In this document: positions 48,881 through 62,589 of the stretch, one piece after another | Position numbering within the stretch: position 1 is the first letter of the stretch | How the letters are laid out: the number at the start of each line of letters is the position of its first letter | Origin: the human T2T-CHM13v2.0 reference genome, Homo sapiens | Assembly: GCF_009914755.1 (NCBI RefSeq) | Contig: NC_060946.1 | Strand: one strand, 5' to 3' | Length of the DNA: 64,000 nucleotides | Position numbers and translations under genes: made by a program | Notes under the pieces: model-generated | Database searches by the model: none | Seen by the model: only the letters and a program-made list of their open reading frames with translations | What the model was told of the DNA's origin: nothing

Positions 48881-51800
48881 ACCCTGGCCACAGCAGCTTC
48901 ACCTTCCAACCCTACCCTGACTCCTTTCTCAACAACCCCAGCCAGGGATGGGCCCCCAAAAGGGTCCCTGCTGGCTGCCAACATGGGGCAGGGAAAAGGG
49001 GAGACCCTGGGAGGCAGGAGACCAGAGTTTGAATCCTGACTCAGCCACTGCGCGCTGTGTGGCTTTTGGTAGGTCTCTACCCCTAGGGGGGCCTCTGTGT
49101 CTGCAATTATAAGGTGGGCACGTGTCCCTGTTGGATGCCATATAGAAAAGAAGGTGACAATGAGCACAGAAGCGTTTTGTAAAGGCAGATGTGGGTTTGA
49201 TATGGACAGCCTTTTTTACGGAGTGCTTACTGTGTGCCGAACCCGTGTTATCTCGGTCAGTCCCCGGGACAATCTGCCTTATTTGGTACTTTCATTATGC
49301 CCATTTCACAGAAGAGGAAAGTGAAGGCACAGAGAGGTCAGAGCCAGCCCAGGCCAGCCAGCTCTGGGCCTGTGTGCTTTCTTCTCCTGCTGTCCAGCCT
49401 TGACCTTGGCCTGAGGCCCCCTGGCCTGACTTCCTCTTTGTAGGTTGGGGTGGGAATGGGAGAGTCGCACTGTGCTCAGCTGGGTTGGATATCGGAGACC
49501 TGGGTCTTTTTCTTTTCCCCACATTGGGCCCCATCCTTTCCTGACCTATCGACAGTGATCCCTCTCGCCACCCCAGTTCCCCGCCTCTACCCAGGCCACG
49601 TTATCTGACCTGGAGGACAGTGCTGGTGGCCAGAAATATGACTGCCTGTCCCAGAGCCTCCTGCCCTGGCAAGCCCCAGATGCCCACCACATCTTGTTCA
49701 CCACTGGCCCCAGCACCTAGCTGGGCCTGGCTAGGTAGAGCTTGGCACATCATGGGTTCTCAGTCAATAACTGGTGACTCAATGGTGGTTCCAATGGATC
49801 GGAACAGAAGGTAGGGTACGGAGGAGATAGGGAAACCAAGGCAAGGAGAGAGAAGTAAGGAGGCAGATAGAAGTAACAGACAAAGAGAGAGGTGGAGACA
49901 GAGACACAGAGAGGCACAGGGGACATGGACAGTGAAGGAGCGAGAGACGGAGAGACAGAGGTCAAGTTGGGGTGATCAAGCCTCAGGACGGAGGAACAGA
50001 CGCCAGAAATCACAGGGCCCAATCCTCCCATTTCACAAATGGAGAAACCGAGGCCCAGGTGGAACAAATGACTTCAACATAGTCACATGGCGGGAACTCA
50101 CAGTACAGCTGGGGTCAGAAGGAGCCTGGGGAGCTGCTCAGCTAGGTCACCTGCAGTCGGCTCCCCAGTCCCAGGCAGGGTATATTGCGGGGGCATCTGG
50201 ATAGGCTCCTGTCTCTTCTTTTTCGGGGTTCTAGGCTCCCCGTGGAGCCCAGCTCTGTCTTGAACTCTCCCTGGCCTGGAGCCAGCTTTGCCTCTGTCCC
50301 TCCACCACCCAGCACCCCCTCGCTTCCTAGCCTCTCCTTGGCCTTTCATCCTGGGCCAAGACTTGGTGGGTGGGGTGTGGGCAGGAACTGCAAGATGGGG
50401 TAGCCACTGGAACTGGGGCCAAGACGCCTGTGGTGAGGGCCCACCCACCAGTCTAGGCTTCAAAGCCAGGTCATCTGGGGCAGTTCCGTGCCCCCCCTAA
50501 AGCCCCAGGAATGGGCTGTCTGCCAGAGGGTGGGGGCAGAGAAGGGGGATGGCCCACCATGTTGGTGGCTCCACTCTGAGCATTTATTATTATTATTGTA
50601 TCCTTCATTATATCTTTTTCTTTTTTGCCCTGTCTTATGGAGCCAATTTATTTTCTTTTCTTTTTTTCTTTTCTTTTTTTTTTTTGCATTGTCCTGTACT
50701 CCTCAGTATAAGGATGAAGTCTCTGGGATTAACCCCAATTACGGATAAGGAAACTGAAGCAACTCCCTTTCCTTCCTCTCTCTCAGCCACTTTCTCATAA
50801 AAATGGAAATGTAAGATAAAATTGGAACTCACATCTTCTTTACTCATGAACCCAGGCTCTTAAAAACTATGCACCCCTGCTTTTTGATCAACAATTAATA
50901 ATAATCATCTTTCTTATTAGCAATGGTGATGATGAAGATGATGGAAATACCACAATATTTTTTATGTTGCAGGAGCAATTCCAGCTGCTGTTCATGTGCT
51001 ATTCACATTTATCCTCACAATCCCCCTGTTTCTTAGACTAATCCCAACTTACCTTGTTACACCCATTTTACACACAAGTAAACTGAGGCTCAGAGTGCGT
51101 AAGTAACATGCTTAAAAGTTACCCAGCCAGCACCAGTGGGATGCAAACCCAGGCAGTCTGGCTGTAGAGGGTGCATTGTTAACCTTTCATTTTCATGCCA
51201 ACCCTTCATCAAAGTCATGCATTCCTTTTTTTTTTTTTTTTTTTTTGAGACGGGGTCTTGCTCTGTCACCCAGGGTCAAGAGAAATGGCATGATCTTGGC
51301 TCACTGAAACCCCTGCCTCCAGGTTCAAGCAATTCTCCTGCCTCAGCCTCCCTAGTAGCTGGGATTACAGGCGCCCGCCGCTACTCCCGGCTAATTTTTG
51401 TGTTTTTAGTAGAGACGGGGTTTCACCATGTTGGCCAGCCTGGTCTTGAACTCCTGACCTCAGGTGATCCACCCACCTCGGCCTCCCAAAGTGCTGAGAT
51501 TACAGGCGTGAGCCATTGCGCCCAGCCTAAAGTCATGCGTTTGATAGAGCTGCATTTCACCCTCTTAAAAGGAAACTGGTGTGGCCACTTTACAGGTCAT
51601 GAGCAGGACTCAGGTGTCCTCCAGGTCACACGGATGGTAAGAAAGAAGCAGGGCTGGATTTCATCTCAGATGATCTGGTTTCCAGTCATGCTGTTTTCCT
51701 ATGCTTGTTACACCCATTTTACACACAAGTATGTATGTATGAGGGACCTCTTAGGTCCCTCATACGCCAATTCAGAGGGCAGGGTTTCGGGACAAGAGGC

Positions 51801-52487
51801 ACACAGCAAATTGTACAAGTCCTGGATATTTGGCAAGTGTGCCACAGTTTGCAAAGCATGTTTGCAACTAACAGCTCCTCTATGCTGCCCACAGTGCCAT
51901 CCGGATTCATCTTCAGGCTTTGTGGACCCAGCAGGCCCTGGCCTAGCCCTCTTCTCCTGCCTCACTTCCCTTCAGGTCCCCTGAGCTCCAGGCCAATTGG
52001 GCTACCAGCTCTTTCTTGTACATGTGCCCCAAGTTCCCACCTCTGAACTTTTTCTTAGAATGCCTCTCCTTCCATCTCACTCTGTACATATCTTCCTCAT
52101 CCTTCAGAGTCTAGTTCAAATGCCTCCTCTAACGGCAAGCCTATCTGGATTGCTTCAACTGGAAGAGAAAGGGGAAAGAGAGAAGGAAAGGAATAGGCAT
52201 TTCCTGAATGTTTACTCTGTACCAGGCATGTTATGTAACCTCACAACAACTCTGTGATATGGTTTGTTTCTGCCCCATTTTATAGGCAGAAATTGAGGGG
52301 AAATGACTCGCTGGAGCTCACATAGCTAGGAAGGATGCTTCTGGACTCCTCATCTAGTGCTCATTCTCCTGCTCTAGTCAGGAACCTTGTGGGGCTGATG
52401 AGGGCCAATATTCCACCTCTCTCCTTCTTCGTGGCTGATCCCTGGGGGTGGTGATCTGGTCCTTTCCCTCCCTGCTAAAGCCAGAGC

Positions 52488-52601
52488 TGCTGACGGCTTG
52501 CCATTGGCTCTTCAGCCAGGGCTGGCTTTTGTTTCTGTGGCCCAGTTGCTGAGTCGGGGCTTTGTCTCCCAGGGGCCCCTCTTCCCTCCCTGCCTATAAG
52601 A
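52488..52601 (+). promoter_or_regulatory. CRYBA4: CRYBA4 proximal promoter: TGCTGAC half-MARE (52488-52494), inverted CCAAT (52503-52507), MARE-like TGCTGAGTCGG (from 52547), Sox-type CTTTGT (52560-52565), TATAAGA (52595-52601)
   Basis: Motifs read directly upstream of exon 1. Confidence 0.75.
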
Positions 52602-52621
52602 GCCCGACCTCGGCTGGTCTC

Positions 52622-52651
52622 AGATCTGACATGTTCCCTGGGCCTATCTCG
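52622..52651 (+). other. CRYBA4: CRYBA4 exon 1 (~30 nt, nominally 5'UTR; TSS approximate)
   Basis: Donor TCG|gtaagt (GT 52652-52653); starts ~27 nt after the TATA box. Confidence 0.85.
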
Positions 52652-53261
52652 GTAAGTCCCAGGTTTGGAGGAGGGGTGGGATCAGAGTTCTGAGTGAGCA
52701 TTCTGGGAGGCGAGGAACCCAGGTCCCCAGTCCTAGGGATGTCACTGTGTCATCCTGAATGCCATCCTCATCCTAACCAAGGATGAGCCCCAACCATCAA
52801 GACCAGCACCTGCTTCCCTCATTTAAAAACAAATTATTCCTGTAGCCCTATTGCCTAAATTTCCACCATCAGAGCTACCTCTTTGAGCTAGGTGCTGTCT
52901 TTGGAAGGGCTCTCTTATGCTGAGCATTTCAGCACTCGCTGGGGTGATGCACCCACCCACCAGCAGCCACAAAAATTTTCCCATAACAAGCAGATAAGAG
53001 AATACAGAGTGGGGCTCAGAGTCAATGAGACCCAGCAAGGGTGAGTTTTGAGATGGGGATAGGATGGAAGATGGCATTGGTGACAGATGGAAAGGACAGG
53101 AGAGGGACAGGCCAAAGCCATGCATTGCCCCTAGCCCAGTCACTCCTGGACTCCCTATGTGGATCCTGACCAGGTCCAAGCCAGCCATCTGCATAAAGAG
53201 GAGAGCAGAGGGTCAGGGTGGAAGATTATAATGTTCTTCTCTTCTGCAGGAAGGGGCCACA

Positions 53262-53300
53262 ATGACCCTGCAATGCACAAAGTCAGCGGGACCCTGGAAG
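53262..53300 (+). CDS. CRYBA4: betaA4-crystallin exon 2 coding part MTLQCTKSAGPWK (exon starts at 53250)
   Basis: Acceptor ctgcag at 53248-53249; Kozak GCCACAATGA; donor gtagga. Confidence 0.95.
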
Positions 53301-53649
53301 GTAGGAAGAGGCATGGGGAGGGGGTGTTCAGGGGGTATGGGGAGGGTTCAGGTCCCCATGAATCCTAGGAGGGGGGCATTATAAATGCCTATTTCACAGA
53401 GGTGCAATCAAGGCTCAGAGTTGAGAAGGGACTTGTATGTCACATACAGGGAGGTTGAATGTGAATTTGGGTCTTCTGGTTCCCAAAGTTGACCTGTTAC
53501 ACTCTTTGGCAGAGGTTGCAGTCTTTGGGCATGATTTCTTTGACCATCTCTGTGTGTGTTTGTTTGTTTTATAAAGCTTTTGGATTTATCATCAGCCTTT
53601 AAAAGCCTGGAAGAACCACATAAAAGTCCAGATCTAGTGATTGTCTTGA

Positions 53650-54018
<369 letters not shown>

Positions 54019-54535
54019 TGAGTCTAGGGGGACACTGAGTTGGGGTAGAGGGTGGACAGGAAGGGACCTAGAGACGGGTGCTAGGACTTTTAGATATTCT
54101 AGGTCCCCTCTCCCTAGGCTCTTACTGTTGTGCCCTCCTGAAGTACTGAGGAGTGTGCAGGACTGCCATGTAAGATTATGCAGGTTGCGCACTGCCCAAC
54201 AGTAGGAGGGTGCCATTTACACAGACCCTGCCCACTGGATGAGGCAGTTCTGCAGGAGATCCTTAGAATCCAGTGTTGGATCTAAAAATGTCCCTCCCAG
54301 CCGTAAATTGAAAGCCAACATCACCCGCCTAAAGTAGAAGGTAACTGTAAAAATAAACATAATGTTTTAATGCTATTAATTTTTAGCTAAATAGTCTTGC
54401 TGCTAAGCATGTGGCCTGATCATTTTTTGTAAAAAAAAAAAAATTAAAAAACAAAAAAGAGAGTGAGAGAGAGAGATTAGTGAGACACAGAGAGGTGTTA
54501 AGGACACACTAATAACACACCAAGACTTTCTAGAC

Positions 54536-54741
54536 CAGTGTCATTCAGTGGACCTGTCTGCAATGATGGAGATGTTCTACATCTACACCATCCATTTCAG
54601 AGCCACTGGCCAGATGTGACCATTGAGGATTTGAAAGGTAGCCAGCATGAGTAGAGAACTGAATCTTGTTTAATCTTAATTTATTTAAGTTTAAATTTAA
54701 TTAGCTACATATGGCCAGTGGCTACCATATTAGATAGAAGG
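54536..54741. mobile_element. MER3-like hAT-Charlie non-autonomous DNA transposon
   Basis: Resembles the MER3 consensus along its length; 8-bp hAT-type TSD TTCTAGAC (54528-54535) / TTCTAGAA (54742-54749). Confidence 0.75.
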
Positions 54742-55157
54742 TTCTAGAAGGTTGGAAAGCAGGTAGAAAGGAGATGTGGCCAGTAGCTACCATATTGGAT
54801 AGAAGGCTCTAGAAGTTTGGAAAGTAGTTGGAAAGATGTGGCCAGTAGCTACCATATTGGATAGAAGTTTCTAGAAGGCAGGAAAGTAAATAGAAAGGAG
54901 GTGTGGCCAGTAGCTACCATACTGGATAAAAGTTCTAGAAGTTTGGAAAGTAGATCGAAAGGAGATGTGGCCAGTAGCTTCCATATTGGATAGAAGGTTC
55001 TAGAAGGTTGGAAAGTAGCTAGAAAGGCAATGTGGCCAGTAGCTACCATATTGGATAGAAGGTTCTAGAAAGTTGGAAAGTAGATAGACAGGAGATGTGG
55101 CCAGTAGCTACCATATTGGATAGAAGGTTGTAGAAGTTTGGAAAGTAGATAGGAGAT
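54710..55157. repeat. Minisatellite, ~7 copies of a 61-66 bp unit (GTGGCCAGTAGCTACCATATTGGATAGAAGGTTCTAGAAGGTTGGAAAGTAGATAGAAAGGAGAT)
   Basis: Units start at about 54710, 54776, 54838, 54903, 54967, 55032 and 55097. Confidence 0.95.
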
Positions 55158-55842
55158 TTGGAGTCACTTAATGCTACACCTGTGAGTGCCACCTGAGGTC
55201 ATCTTGGGTGATTTTTGCACATCTCATGCTTTAGTAAATACTCTTTTAGCTTCTGATTTGTGCAGGTGGGGAATGGGGGTCAGATGGGAACAGAGGCTTT
55301 CTAGGGGTATGTCCAGCAGGCTGACAGACTCAGCCAGTAAGCAGACAATGAGCTTGGATAGATTCAGACAGTTTATTACTTATACAGACAGTAAAGGCAA
55401 GGTGTAGCCTCCTGTGTCCCTTGTCCTACTGGACGACACCAAAACAAAGGGGGCTGAATGACAGGCATTAGGAATGGTAGGAACCCCGTGGCTGAAGAGC
55501 TGCTTCCATGCTTCAACGATAGCTTGCTGCTGTCGCCTGTGGGGAGGCGAGGTGGAAAGCCCCACATCTCAGAGTGGCCAGAGAGGCAGATGAGGGGCTG
55601 CCTCGTGGCAGCCTCCCACAAGAGAGGGAGGAAAATGAGAGATGGCCATGCGGTCGCTCCTTGCAAGACTGCCCGTCTCCCACACCCTGGCAGGATCACG
55701 GGGAATTCCACCAAGGTGAGATCAGTCTGTGATCAGCTTTGCCTCCTTGGCCTCTGTGGACACGGACGGAGGAGCAAGGTTGTCAGGGCACCTGTGTGAA
55801 GCAGTTTCCCTACCTATGGGACACACAGCAAGTGAGGTCTAG

Positions 55843-56394
<552 letters not shown>

Positions 56395-56747
56395 TGACAA
56401 GGGCTGTTCAGTCTCTTTCCTCTCCAAGCCTCGGTTTCTTCATCTTGAAATGGGGCAATAGTACCAATGTTCTTGGGAAGAAGAACGTATAACATCTGAC
56501 CAGAGCCTGCCTTAAACTCTCTGCTCACAGCAACCCTGGTTGTGATAGGAGCCCCTGCCAGTTTTGTGCCCTTTTTTTTTTTGTGATTCAGGGACCCTGA
56601 GAGAATCTGGGTACCAGGGATGGTAGGGCCAAGTGGGGAGGAAAGGTTTCATTTCTTGCTCCTAATTCAGCATCAGTGCTCCTGATCTTACATTTTACTG
56701 CTGTTTTTGGAGTGTGGGTGGAGGTGGGCATTATTATTCCCATCTCA

Positions 56748-57130
<383 letters not shown>

Positions 57131-57214
57131 TTATTTTTCAATTCTTATTGATTTAAAATGACATAAGTCACCATATTTACCATCCAAAATTCTGAAGGAA
57201 AATCCTGCTATGGT

Positions 57215-57450
57215 CAGGGTTGAGTATCCCTTACCTGAAATGCTTGGGACCAGAAGTGTTTTGGATTTTGAATATTTTCCCCAGATTTTGCAATATTTGT
57301 AATACTTACAGTTGAGCAGCCTGAATCCAAAAATCCAAAATCTGAAATACTGCAGTGAGCATTCTTTGAGTGTCATGTCGTCACTCAAAAAGTTTTAGAT
57401 TTTGGAGCATTTTGGATTTCGGATTTTTAGGTTAGGGATGTTCAACCTAT
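57215..57450. mobile_element. Tigger4a/MER46-like TcMar MITE
   Basis: Inverted termini GGTTGAGTATCCCT ... AGGGATGTTCAACC with internal AATCCAAAA repeats. Confidence 0.7.
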
Positions 57451-57940
57451 ACATTTGTGTCTCTATGTATATACACATCCAAATCAACATCTACATCTAT
57501 ATCTGTATAATCTATATATCTTATCTATATTGCACACATAATTTTGTCATAAAATTGGAATCATAATGAATCTAAGGCTTGGAAACTAGCTTTTCTCACT
57601 GAGCAAATGTGTCGCAATCATCAGTCCAGGTGATTAAATCTCACTTCCATCGTTTTTCATAGCTCCCTAGTATTCTGTTTTGTGAATAAGTCCATTTGTT
57701 CATTTATTCTGCAAACAGTCTAGATATTGTGCTAATATAGGGACCCGTGGCGGGCTGCAACAGAAACAATCCCTCATTCCCAGCAGTTTGCAACTCCTGA
57801 TTTCATTTAGTCCTCAAAAGAACCCTGAAAAATGGGTAGGGTTAGTTTCATTTTATAGATACAGGAACAGAGGCTCAGAAATCCTGTCTAACCTCAGTCA
57901 GTTGGTAAGTGGCAGCTGCCTCCTAGCAGGAAGGATTTGA

Positions 57941-58590
<650 letters not shown>

Positions 58591-58914
58591 TAACCACAGT
58601 GTAATGCCTCAGCTTACCACTGGATCCCCAATTTTGGACATAAAAGTTGACTCCTTTTTTTGTTTGTTTGTTTTTGAAAAAACTGTTATGATGAACATTC
58701 TTGCAGCCTATTTATTCCATGATTATTTTCTTTGTGGAAATTTCTGGAAGGGCAAATGGCAAGGTTTCTGGTACCTGTTGCCTTATTGCCCTTCCAAAAG
58801 GTTTGCAAGGAAGGCTGATTTGGGAGACAAGGGCAGGGAGTGTGGAGGCCAGGAGAGGCTCCTGGGTTTCCAACTGGGAGCCTGCTGGTCTGACTGTGTT
58901 CCCTGTTCCTGTAG

Positions 58915-59058
<144 letters not shown>

Positions 59059-60013
59059 TAAGTGTATTCAAGGCTCTACCTGGCAGGGGAGGGGCTACTG
59101 GGAGGGGTAGGTGTACCTCCTGTGAAAACTGTGTGCTGGGGACTTTTGTGCTCTGATGCCCACATTTCAGAGGAGAACACTGAGGCACAGGGAGGTATCA
59201 GGCAGAATTTGAGGGACTGAAACCCAGATCAAACTGGTTTGAGCCCAGAAGATATTTATCAGCCCCTGTAATTAGCTTCAAGCATAGCTGGATCCAGGTA
59301 CTACAGCAGGTATCTCTCTCCCCCCACAACCCCCAACCTGTTGCCCTGCCTGCCTCTGTGTGACTATATTCTTAGACAAGCTCTTCCTGTGTGAAGGCAA
59401 AGGTGGCGGCTTCATCGTTACATCCAGCCCTAGGGAAAGACAGTGTCCAGGCTCAGTGATTCTATTAAAGGTTCCAAGAAAGGTGCTCATTGGTCCAGCT
59501 GGGTCCTGTGCTCAACTCTGAACCAATCATCATGCCCATAGGAATGGGGTGTTCTGATTGGCTAGGTTTGGTCATGTGGTCCATTGCTAGATTCAGCCTC
59601 ATTTTCTCACCTTGGCTGAGAGTGAGAGGCCACAGGCTCTTTGGCTAGAAGAGGGGAGAATGAATGCCCCTAGCCATAAAACACAGGTGTGGCTCCAGCA
59701 ACCTGCTCAAAGTCCATCAGCAGGTAGGTAACAATCCAGCTTCAAACTCAGCACTGACTGGCCCTTTCCTTTCCACCCAGGAGGTGGCAGGTGAAGGCTA
59801 AGGTGTGAGATTCTTATTTAGGGAGGACATCAGAACCACTTTCTGAGGTGCCCCTTGGCTCCTGGTAGGCAGGGGGCAAAGATGGGAGGTAGGGTTTTTC
59901 ATCTTTTTTTTTTTTCTTTTTTTGGCTTTAGTTTTCTCAGGAACCACCAAAGAATCATGTTGTTTTAGAGTAAGAGGGACCCCTTGTGATTCTTGAGTTC
60001 ACTTCCTCTTTTA

Positions 60014-60220
<207 letters not shown>

Positions 60221-60927
60221 TTAGCTGGGTGTCGTGGCTATGCCTCTAGTCCCAGCCACTCGGATGAGGCAGAATTACTTGAACCCAGGAGGCAGAGGTT
60301 GCAGTGAGCCGAGGTCATGCCACTGCACTCCAGTCTGGGCAACAGAGTGAGACTCTGTCTCAAAAAAAAGAAATCAATGAATTGAAATGATAGCTTTTTT
60401 TCTTGGAAGTGCCTCTGGATAAGGAAGGAGGGAGAAAGCGGAAAGAACAAGACTTCCCATTCCTTCACTTGTTCACTTATTCAGCAAATATTTAGGAACC
60501 CCTTCTTCCTTGCTAGACTTTTATATATTTACGCAGGTGGTGATAACGATGAACAAAACATACACGTTCTTACACTCAGGAGCTTGCCTGCTGGCAGGGG
60601 AGGCTGATATTTTACAAATAATTTGAAAACTATCGAATTACATGAGTGCTACAAAGGTATAATAAGGGACTGTGGCCTGATTTGGGGAACGAGTCAGATT
60701 GCCCTCATAATTAAGATGAGCCATGAAGGACAAATACAACTTGTCTAGGAAAAGAAAGGCTGGGATGGTGCTTCTGGCAAAGGGAATGGCATGATCAAAG
60801 GCCCTGTGGTAGGGGAGAGAGCATGGCACATTGTGAGCACTGAAGAAAGGCCAGGATGGCTGGAATTGTGTGCGTGTGCATAGATCCCTTTGCCCCTGTG
60901 TTGATCACCATGCTGGTGTCTCTGTAG

Positions 60928-61104
<177 letters not shown>

Positions 61105-61263
61105 ACAGGGGTGCGGCACGGAGGAGCGCATGCGTGCTTATCTGCAATGGAGGCGCTCTGGAGGCTGTGGTGTGTTCTCTCCTTCTGCCTCCCCCTGTAA
61201 CCTGTGTGAACCCAGCACCCATGTGAACTGGTCCGTGCACAGTCAGCACAAAAAACTCAAACG

Positions 61264-61269
61264 AATAAA
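61264..61269 (+). terminator. CRYBA4: CRYBA4 polyadenylation signal AATAAA
   Basis: 160 nt after the stop, followed by GU/U-rich sequence. Confidence 0.85.
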
Positions 61270-61289
61270 AAAGAGAAAGTCTGGTATTA

Positions 61290-62520
61290 GTTGTGCTTTT
61301 CAATTTTATTAATCTTTTCAAAGAACCGGTTTTTAGCCTTGTTTTCTCTATCATTATTCCACTGATTTTTACTCTTAACTTCAGTATTTCCTTTCTTCTA
61401 TTTACTTCAGGCCTACTTTGTTCTTAGTTTTTCTAGCTTTTTTTTAAGGCAGACTTTTGGGTCATTAATTTTAGGCCTCTCTTTCCCCCACCCAGTACGG
61501 TCATTTAGCTATAAATTTCCCTCCAAGTATGGCTTTAGCTGCTTCCCACAAATATTAATTTGATGTGTTTTCATTATCATTCAGTTTGATATTTTCTAGT
61601 TTCACTTGTGGTTTTTTTTTTTTTCTTTTGACCTATGGGCTATTTAAAGGGATGTTATTTAAATTCCAAATACTTTAGGATTTTCTAGGTGTTTATTGTT
61701 ATTGGTGTGTTTTTAAAGACCAATGTGGTCGGAGAACATATTCCTTAAGATTTAAGTCTTCTGCAATGAATTAAGACTTATTTTATGGCCCAGCACATGG
61801 TTTTTGTATTTTAATTTTATTTTTTGTTTGTTTGTTTGTTTTGTTTTTAATGAGTCAAGGTTTCACTGGTCACCCAGGCTGGAGTGCAGTGGTGCAATCT
61901 CGTCTCACTGCAGCCTCGACCTCCCAGGTTCAAGCAATTCTGCCTTAGCCCCACAAGCAGCTGAGATTACAGGTGTGTGCCACCACACCTGGTAATTTTT
62001 GTATTTGGTAGAGACAGCGTTCGCCATGTTGCCCAAGCTTGTCTTGAACTCCTGAGCTCAGGACATCTGCCTGCCTCAGCCTACCAAAGTGCCAGGATTA
62101 CAGGCCTGAGCCACTGCTCCTGGCCACATGGTCTATCTTTGAAAGGCTTGGTAGTACACTTGAAAACTATTTATATTCTGCAGTTATTGGGTACAGTGTT
62201 CTGTAAATGTCAGATCAAATTTGTTAACAGTGTTGATGCGATTTTTCTATACCCTTGCTGATTTTTTTTTTTTTTTTGAGACAGGATCTCATTCTGTCAC
62301 CCAGGCAGGAGTATAATGGCACAATCATAGTTCACCGCAGCTTGTTTTTAAAAAATCAATTTTAGTGAATTACATAGAAAGAATCATTGATTATTTGGAT
62401 TTATCTGTTTCTTCCCTTAGTTTTGTCTATTTTTGCTTCCTGATTTTTTTTTTCCTTCAGGAATTGTGATGCTCTGTTGTTAGGTGTACATATATTTATG
62501 ATTGCTATGTCTTCTTGATA
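61290..62520 (-). mobile_element. Old L1 fragment (antisense) interrupted by Alus, directly after the CRYBA4 poly(A) site
   Basis: T-rich L1 ORF2-like antisense sequence (GCTATAAATTTCCCTC...; TCTGTTGTTAGGTGTACATA). Confidence 0.65.
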
Positions 62521-62589
62521 AATTGTTCCTAGCTTGTGGTTTTCAAAGCCACGCATGGAGAGTCAGTTCTCTCCCCTAGCAAAACTTCT

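Noticed and set aside
51136-51984. 282-aa ORF between CRYBB1 and CRYBA4
   Set aside because: Its N-terminal half is translated antisense Alu, it starts at a non-ATG codon and the rest has no recognisable domain.
54710-55157. CRISPR-like appearance of the 65-bp array
   Set aside because: The inter-repeat segments are homologous to each other rather than unique spacers, the context is human, and there are no cas genes.
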